Assembly (NCBI RefSeq): GCF_026627425.1
Contig: NZ_JAPNLH010000026.1
Span: 5,378 to 37,377, forward strand
Length of the DNA stretch: 32,000 bases
Reading direction: 5' to 3'
DNA from: Arthrobacter sp. H14-L1
Lineage (GTDB): Bacteria > Actinomycetota > Actinomycetes > Actinomycetales > Micrococcaceae
The notes beneath the pieces were generated by a model. It saw nothing but the letters and a program-made list of their open reading frames with translations, searched no databases and was not told the origin of the DNA. The first letter of the stretch is position 1. Each line of letters starts with the position of its first letter. The position numbers were made by a program, and so were the translations under genes. This document shows, piece after piece, positions 26,794 to 32,000 of this stretch.

Positions 26794-27824
26794 GAAACGG
26801 TCCCGACTGGAATGGCGACGGAAATCACGCCGCCGCGCACGAGCAACGGAAGCGGATCCAGATGCAGTGCCTTGTCCTCCAGGCACGCACCGGCCATCCT
26901 TACATCGAAATGGGCCCGGCAGGTGGGGCACCGCAGCAGACCGCCTCCCGTAGGGGCCGCGAGGGCGCGCTGCAATGACGCCCCTGCCAGGGACTTCTCA
27001 CACCGCGGACAGTAGTCCAGGTAAGCGAAAATGTCCTCGCCGATCCGGCAGGCCAGCAGCCTGGCTCCGCCGACCAGAAAGCCTGCCACCTCCCCTGACC
27101 GGAGTCCGCCAAGCTCCGCCGCCGGCTCCCAGGCCCCACCCGACGGGCCGGGAACAGCGGGTTTGGCCTGCTGATCCCGATCATTTTGCTGATCCAGGCG
27201 CAGCCGCAGCGCGGCCACGGGAATGACGGCTGCGGAAGGGCTGGGCTCCTGCTCCACCACTTGGATGGATGTCACCTCGGGGGCCGCCGTTTCAATGGCA
27301 TCCTCGACCGCGAGCTTCAAAGTGACGGACGATGACGGGCAGCCGTGGCAGCTTCCCAATAGTCGCAGGCTCACGATCCCGTCCGCGCTGATACCCAGCA
27401 GCTCCACGTCGCCGCCATGGGAGCCAAGGTAGGGCCGCACACTATCGAGTGCAGCGGCGACTCTGGTCGGCACGTCCTGTGGATGCAGACCGTGGACCAG
27501 CAGTAAACCGGAGATCAGCTCATCCTTGACCAGGGCCTCCAAAGTGCCGTTGGTTTCACCTCCCCGGGCCGAAATTACGCCGAGAATGCGCTCCAGCCCG
27601 GCACCGTAGAGGTCCGTGACCTGCCGGACCAGCTCCTCGGAGCGCTCACGGGCCACCGCACCGCCGGAGGACAGCGCATCCAGCAGTGTTCCGATCCGTG
27701 TCCCCGAATTCCGCAGCTGGTCGGCGCCGGAGCCGGCCACTGCAGCCTGCCCCGCTGGCCGCGGCGCAGCGGCTGCAGGCGCAGCGGCTTCGCCTTGCTC
27801 CAGCAAACCGTCCTGCGCGATCAT
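26790..27824 (-). CDS. NifU(Nfu)-domain protein with a C-terminal Rieske-fold-like Cys4 domain (HhyE-like putative Fe-S protein)
   Basis: Nfu-type motif YLGSHGGDVELLGISADGIVSLRLLGSCHGCPSSSVTLKLAVEDAI (aa ~130-177). The C-terminal domain carries CPRC-x23-CPTC (aa 272-302). It lies immediately (6 nt) downstream of the large subunit. Confidence 0.8.
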   Translation of the reverse strand: MIAQDGLLEQGEAAAPAAAAPRPAGQAAVAGSGADQLRNSGTRIGTLLDALSSGGAVARERSEELVRQVTDLYGAGLERILGVISARGGETNGTLEALVKDELISGLLLVHGLHPQDVPTRVAAALDSVRPYLGSHGGDVELLGISADGIVSLRLLGSCHGCPSSSVTLKLAVEDAIETAAPEVTSIQVVEQEPSPSAAVIPVAALRLRLDQQNDRDQQAKPAVPGPSGGAWEPAAELGGLRSGEVAGFLVGGARLLACRIGEDIFAYLDYCPRCEKSLAGASLQRALAAPTGGGLLRCPTCRAHFDVRMAGACLEDKALHLDPLPLLVRGGVISVAIPVGTVS

Positions 27825-27830
27825 GGCGGG

Positions 27831-29624
27831 TCATTCTCCGGTGAGTGACTGCGTGGGGGAGTGCAGCATATCCAACGTTTTACCCTCGCCCAGATACATG
27901 TGCACGCCGCAGGGCAGACAGGGGTCAAAGCTGCGCACCGTGCGCATAATGTCGATTCCCTTGAAATGCTCCCGGTCGTTCTCTTCGAAGATGGGCTGCC
28001 CCTGCACCGCGTCTTCATACGGCCCCGGAGTTCCGGACGCGTCGCGCGGGCTGGCGTTCCACGGCGTTGGCGGATAGGGATGGTAGTTGGCGATCTTGCC
28101 GTCACGAATCACCATGTGGTGTGAAAGAACGCCGCGGACCGCTTCGGTAAAGCCGCAACTGACCGCCTCGTCCGGGACCTCAAACGATTCCCAGGTCTTG
28201 GTCCGTCCGGCCCGGATTTCCTCCAGCGCCTTCTCCGCGAAATGCAGGGCCGCGGCCGCCGCGTAGGCCTGGAAATAGGTGCGGGCCCGGTTGCGTTCGA
28301 GCGTGTTGCTCCACTGCGGAATCTTCCATTCGAGTGAGACTGGTCCTTTGAGAGCCGTCTTGGGCAGGTTGATCTCCACGCTGTGTCCGGTGGATTTGAG
28401 GTAGCCGATGTCGACGAGTCCGGCCAGCGCCGTCGACCAGAGCCGTGCCAGTGGGCCACCGCCGGTATCCAGCGCCAGATTATCCTGTCCGTCAAACCAG
28501 CGCGGTGACATAACCCAGCTGTATTTGTCCGTCAGGTCACGCTTTTGCGGGCGGGGATTGGTGTGCTGGTTCCACGGATGACGGCGGTCCACCGGGTTAC
28601 CGAGCGGGTCATTCGTGACGAACATCTCCTGATCATTCCAGTCCTCGTAGTAGGAGGAGCCCAGCATGATCCGGATGCCGAGGTTGATCCGCACCAGATC
28701 GGTGGTCACTAGCTTTCCGTCGACCACGACGCCCGGGGTGACAAACATCTTCCGGCCCCAGTCGGTCATGTCCTTGTAGGCGAAGTTGCAGTACTCCGGA
28801 TCCTGGAAGGAACCCCAGCACCCCAGCAGCGTCCGCCGCAGCCCGACTTGCTCATAGCCCGGTAGCGCGTCGTAGAAGAAATCGAAAAGATCATCGTGCA
28901 TGGGCACGACCTTCTTCATGAACTCCACATAACGCATCAGCCGGGTGAGGTAATCCGTCATCAGCTGGATCGTGGCAACGGTGCCGACTCCACCCGGATA
29001 AAGCGTGGAGGGGTGAACATGGCGACCCTCCATCAGGCAGAACATTTCCCGGGTGAGCCGGCTGACCTGCAGCGCTTCGCGGTAGAACTCACCGGTAAAA
29101 GGATTCAGCGAACGCATGATGTCCGCAATGGTCCGGTATCCGTGTTCGCCTTCATGCGGGGCCCGGGTGTTTTCCGCCTTGGCCAGTACCGCCGGGTTCG
29201 TCTCAGAGACCATTTTTTCGCAGTAGTCCACGCCCACCAGGTTCTCCTGGAAGATGTTGTGATCGAACATGTACTCCGCGGCTTCACCGAGATTGACGAT
29301 CCATTCGCCCAGATGCGGCGGCTTCACCCCATAGGCCATGTTTTGCGCATAACAGGAGCACGTGGCGTGATTATCGCCGCAGATCCCGCAGATCCGGCTG
29401 GTGATGAAGTGCGCGTCGCGAGGATCCTTGCCGCGCATGAAGATCGAGTACCCGCGGAAGATCGAGGAAGTGCTGTTGCACTGCACCACCTGCTTGTTTT
29501 TGAAATCTATTTTGGTATAGATGCCAAGGCTGCCGACAATCCGTGTGATGGGATCCCACGCCATCTCCACCAGTGAATCGTCCGCGGCGTTGCCCGATGC
29601 GGGTAACGGAATCGTGGAGGTCAT
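27831..29624 (-). CDS. hhyL: [NiFe]-hydrogenase large subunit, group 1h (formerly group 5)
   Basis: L1 motif TSRICGICGDNHATCS and L2 motif SFDPCLPCGVH, followed by a 22-aa C-terminal extension (MYLGEGKTLDMLHSPTQSLTGE) for protease cleavage. 597 aa. RBS AAGAGG. Confidence 0.95.
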   Translation of the reverse strand: MTSTIPLPASGNAADDSLVEMAWDPITRIVGSLGIYTKIDFKNKQVVQCNSTSSIFRGYSIFMRGKDPRDAHFITSRICGICGDNHATCSCYAQNMAYGVKPPHLGEWIVNLGEAAEYMFDHNIFQENLVGVDYCEKMVSETNPAVLAKAENTRAPHEGEHGYRTIADIMRSLNPFTGEFYREALQVSRLTREMFCLMEGRHVHPSTLYPGGVGTVATIQLMTDYLTRLMRYVEFMKKVVPMHDDLFDFFYDALPGYEQVGLRRTLLGCWGSFQDPEYCNFAYKDMTDWGRKMFVTPGVVVDGKLVTTDLVRINLGIRIMLGSSYYEDWNDQEMFVTNDPLGNPVDRRHPWNQHTNPRPQKRDLTDKYSWVMSPRWFDGQDNLALDTGGGPLARLWSTALAGLVDIGYLKSTGHSVEINLPKTALKGPVSLEWKIPQWSNTLERNRARTYFQAYAAAAALHFAEKALEEIRAGRTKTWESFEVPDEAVSCGFTEAVRGVLSHHMVIRDGKIANYHPYPPTPWNASPRDASGTPGPYEDAVQGQPIFEENDREHFKGIDIMRTVRSFDPCLPCGVHMYLGEGKTLDMLHSPTQSLTGE

Positions 29625-29650
29625 TGCCTTGCCTCTTTCTCGTGCCGTTC

Positions 29651-30709
29651 TTACCAGGTGCGGGTGGCGCCGGTGAGCAGTTCGGGGCCGGTCCTGCGCC
29701 AGCGTGGTTCCTTGTCAAGGGTGTTCATGGTGATGTGCCGCAGCGTCCGCACGGCAGCGCCGTAGGGCCGCACGGCATTGGTGGAGAGAATGCTGCCCGG
29801 CGGCTCATCCATGAACGGCATGAACTTATCGGGGAACCCCGGCATCGTGCAGCCTATGCAGATACCACCAACGTTCGGGCACCCGCCAATTCCATTCATC
29901 CAGCCGCGCTTGGGAACATTGCATTTAACCACCGGGCCCCAGCAGCCCAGCTTTACGATGCATTTCGGCGAGCCGTATTCAGTGGCAAAATCACCTTGCT
30001 CGTAATACCCCGCCCGGTCGCATCCCTCGTGCACGGTCCGGCCGAAAAGCCACGTCGGCCGCAGCGCGTCGTCCAACGGAATCATGGGCGCCTGCCCGGT
30101 CGCCTGGTACAGCAGGTAGGTGATGGTTTCGGAGAGATTGTCAGGTTGGATGGGGCAGCCCGGAACACAGACAATCGGTATTCCGGCCTTGGACCTCCAG
30201 TCATAGCCAAGGTAATCGGGAACGCCCATCGCACCGGTGGGATTGCCGGCCATGGCATGGATACCGCCATAGGCCGCGCAGGTTCCGGCGGCAATAATGG
30301 CAGTTGCCTTCGGTGCAAGCCGGTCCAGCCATTCGCTTGTCGTAATGGGCTGCCCGGTCTCCAGATCGTTGCCGAAACCCGACCAGTATCCGCCGACGTC
30401 GTGCAACTTCTCGTTGGGAATGGAACCCTCGACAACGAGGACAAATGGCTCCAGTTCGCCCCGGTCCGCCTTCCGGAACCACTCGAGGAAGTCATCTGCA
30501 CCCTCCTGGGGGCCGCATTCAAAATCAATGAGCGGCCAATGCATGGCAACCTGCGGCAGACCGGGCAGGGCACCGAGTGCTATTTCCTCCACGCTGGGCT
30601 GCGTAGCCGCGGTCAGCGCCACGGAGTCGCCGTCGCAGCTGAGACCGGCGTTGATCCATAGGACATGAATAAGAGATTCTTCGGCTTTTATCGAAGCTTC
30701 TGTAGGCAT
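29651..30709 (-). CDS. hhyS: [NiFe]-hydrogenase small subunit, group 1h, no Tat signal
   Basis: It starts MPTEASIKAEESLIHVLWINAGLSCDGDS with no twin-arginine leader. Fe-S ligand regions GTCAAYGG, VPGCP and GCWGPVVKCNVP...GGCPNVGGICIGC. Strong RBS AAGGAGG. Confidence 0.95.
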   Translation of the reverse strand: MPTEASIKAEESLIHVLWINAGLSCDGDSVALTAATQPSVEEIALGALPGLPQVAMHWPLIDFECGPQEGADDFLEWFRKADRGELEPFVLVVEGSIPNEKLHDVGGYWSGFGNDLETGQPITTSEWLDRLAPKATAIIAAGTCAAYGGIHAMAGNPTGAMGVPDYLGYDWRSKAGIPIVCVPGCPIQPDNLSETITYLLYQATGQAPMIPLDDALRPTWLFGRTVHEGCDRAGYYEQGDFATEYGSPKCIVKLGCWGPVVKCNVPKRGWMNGIGGCPNVGGICIGCTMPGFPDKFMPFMDEPPGSILSTNAVRPYGAAVRTLRHITMNTLDKEPRWRRTGPELLTGATRTW

Positions 30710-30750
30710 CGTTGCCTCCTTTGGGAGTCCTGCTCACCGAGCGGGGCCCA

Positions 30751-31668
30751 TTATGCGTTTGTCTGCACCTGCGACTCGGACGCCATCGGATGCGATTGGG
30801 CGCCCGCGTGCGACGCCGGTGTTTGAGTGTTCTTGATCAGCCAGTCGTACCAGCTGTCCAGACCAGCGCCGTTCGTGGCGGAAATAGCGAGCATCTCGAC
30901 GTGCGGATTCAGCTGTCGTGCCTGGCGGAGGCATTCATCCACGTCGAATTCAACATAGGGCAGCAGATCGGACTTATTGATTATCACTAGATCTGCGGCC
31001 ATAAACATGTGCGGATATTTTTGCGGCTTATCATCACCTTCCGTGACGGAAATAATCACTACCTTGGCTGTTTCCCCCAGATCAAAAAGCGCCGGACAGA
31101 CCAGATTTCCGACATTTTCAATAAAGAGCGTTGATCCCGGAGCCGGGTTGAGTGCTTCGAGCCCCCGTCGGAGCATATCGGCGTCCAGATGGCAGCCGGC
31201 TCCGGTATTAATCTGAACAGCTGGACGCCCGGCGCTACGAATGCGGTCGGCATCCAGCGACGTCTCCTGGTCACCTTCAATGACCGTAATGCCCAGCCTT
31301 TCGCCCAGCTCTTCAATGGTGCGGACCAGCAAAGTCGTCTTGCCTGCCCCGGGGGAACTCATCACATTGAATGCCTGGATGGCACGCCCGGCCAGCCAGC
31401 CCCGGTTTCGCGCGGCCAACAGGTCGTTCTTGGCCAGCAGGCTCTGCTCCAGCGTGATCGTGGTCACTGGAGCATGGGTATGTGCCGGGCCACCCTCGTG
31501 CGAGTGGTTGTGTCCGCCGTCGTGCGCGTGCTCCTGCTGGTGCCCGTCGGGGTGTTCACCGTCGTGCACATGCTGATGTCCGTGGTCCGGTTCCGGGACG
31601 GCGACGCTGCCGTTTACGCTTGACACCCGAACCTCGCCGTCGTCGCTGCAACCGCAGGTGGAGCACAT
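30751..31668 (-). CDS. hypB: Hydrogenase nickel incorporation GTPase HypB
   Basis: The track ORF is trimmed to the ATG at 31668 (MCSTCGCS, a CxxCGC Ni site). His-rich tract HGHQHVHDGEHPDGHQQEHAHDGGHNHSHEGGPAHTH. P-loop SSPGAGKTT. ENVGNLVCP and NKSDL motifs. Confidence 0.95.
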   Translation of the reverse strand: MCSTCGCSDDGEVRVSSVNGSVAVPEPDHGHQHVHDGEHPDGHQQEHAHDGGHNHSHEGGPAHTHAPVTTITLEQSLLAKNDLLAARNRGWLAGRAIQAFNVMSSPGAGKTTLLVRTIEELGERLGITVIEGDQETSLDADRIRSAGRPAVQINTGAGCHLDADMLRRGLEALNPAPGSTLFIENVGNLVCPALFDLGETAKVVIISVTEGDDKPQKYPHMFMAADLVIINKSDLLPYVEFDVDECLRQARQLNPHVEMLAISATNGAGLDSWYDWLIKNTQTPASHAGAQSHPMASESQVQTNA

Positions 31669-31670
31669 AT

Positions 31671-32000
31671 TTACCCCACTTCCACGGACGCAAGCATCAG
31701 CTCGCGGCCGCCCGTGATTTCGATGTCGGCGCTGCCGCAGGTGCACAGCGGAATCGTGTCCGGAAGAATGAAACTCTGCCGGCACGTGTGGCAGGTGGCC
31801 CGGCCGGCCGGCTCGTCGATGCGTAGATCGGCGCCGGCCAGCGGAGTTCCCTCCGCCAGCAATTGGAAACAGAACCGCAAGGCATCCGGCAGGACGCCAC
31901 TTAGCCGTCCGATCCGCAGGTTCACCCCGGTGACAGTGCGATCGCCGGTGCGGTCAAGCACCGCGTCGACCAGGCTTTGGGTAATGGAGAGTTCGTGCAT
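31671..32000 (-). CDS. hypA: Hydrogenase nickel insertion protein HypA
   Basis: MHELSITQSLVD N-terminus (MHE Ni site) and Zn motif CHTC...CTCG. 109 aa. The ATG falls exactly at the window edge (31998-32000), and the TAA lies 2 nt before the hypB ATG. Confidence 0.9.
   Translation of the reverse strand: MHELSITQSLVDAVLDRTGDRTVTGVNLRIGRLSGVLPDALRFCFQLLAEGTPLAGADLRIDEPAGRATCHTCRQSFILPDTIPLCTCGSADIEITGGRELMLASVEVG

Overview
GC-rich actinobacterial chromosome segment. Gene content and synteny look Micrococcales/Arthrobacter-like, but the taxon is a guess. No rRNA, tRNA, CRISPR array or mobile element was recognised. (1) nt 1-7.9 kb is a conserved housekeeping block on the + strand: nadK (3' part), recN, an SDR/DUF2867-like protein, pyrG, a NUDIX gene, xerD and a second NUDIX gene. 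(2) nt 8.0-14.9 kb is a methylcitrate-cycle propionate module. A GntR regulator, prpD, prpB, prpC and a small cupin lie on the minus strand, and prpE is divergent. The AT-rich control region between them carries two identical TGTATACA palindromes. (3) nt 14.9-22.0 kb holds a CitA/DcuS-type two-component pair divergent from dctA, then a FecBCD/BtuCDF-type ABC importer. (4) nt 23.0-32.0 kb, all on the minus strand, is a complete group 1h (formerly group 5, high-affinity atmospheric-H2) [NiFe]-hydrogenase operon. Its order is hypA, hypB, hhyS, hhyL, a NifU/Rieske-like fusion, three proteins of unknown function, a 39-codon membrane-peptide ORF missing from the supplied ORF track, the maturation protease and hypC. 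The most interesting part is the uncharacterised core of this operon (nt 23860-27824). It comprises five genes chained by ATGA/GTGA start-stop overlaps, with unusual Cys motifs and the hidden small ORF. Also notable are the adjacent metal-chelate-type ABC importer and an orphan conserved protein convergent on hypC. The ORF track uses ATG, GTG and TTG starts, and several of its long ORFs are N-terminally over-extended. I trimmed those using conserved N-termini, ribosome-binding sites and overlap geometry.
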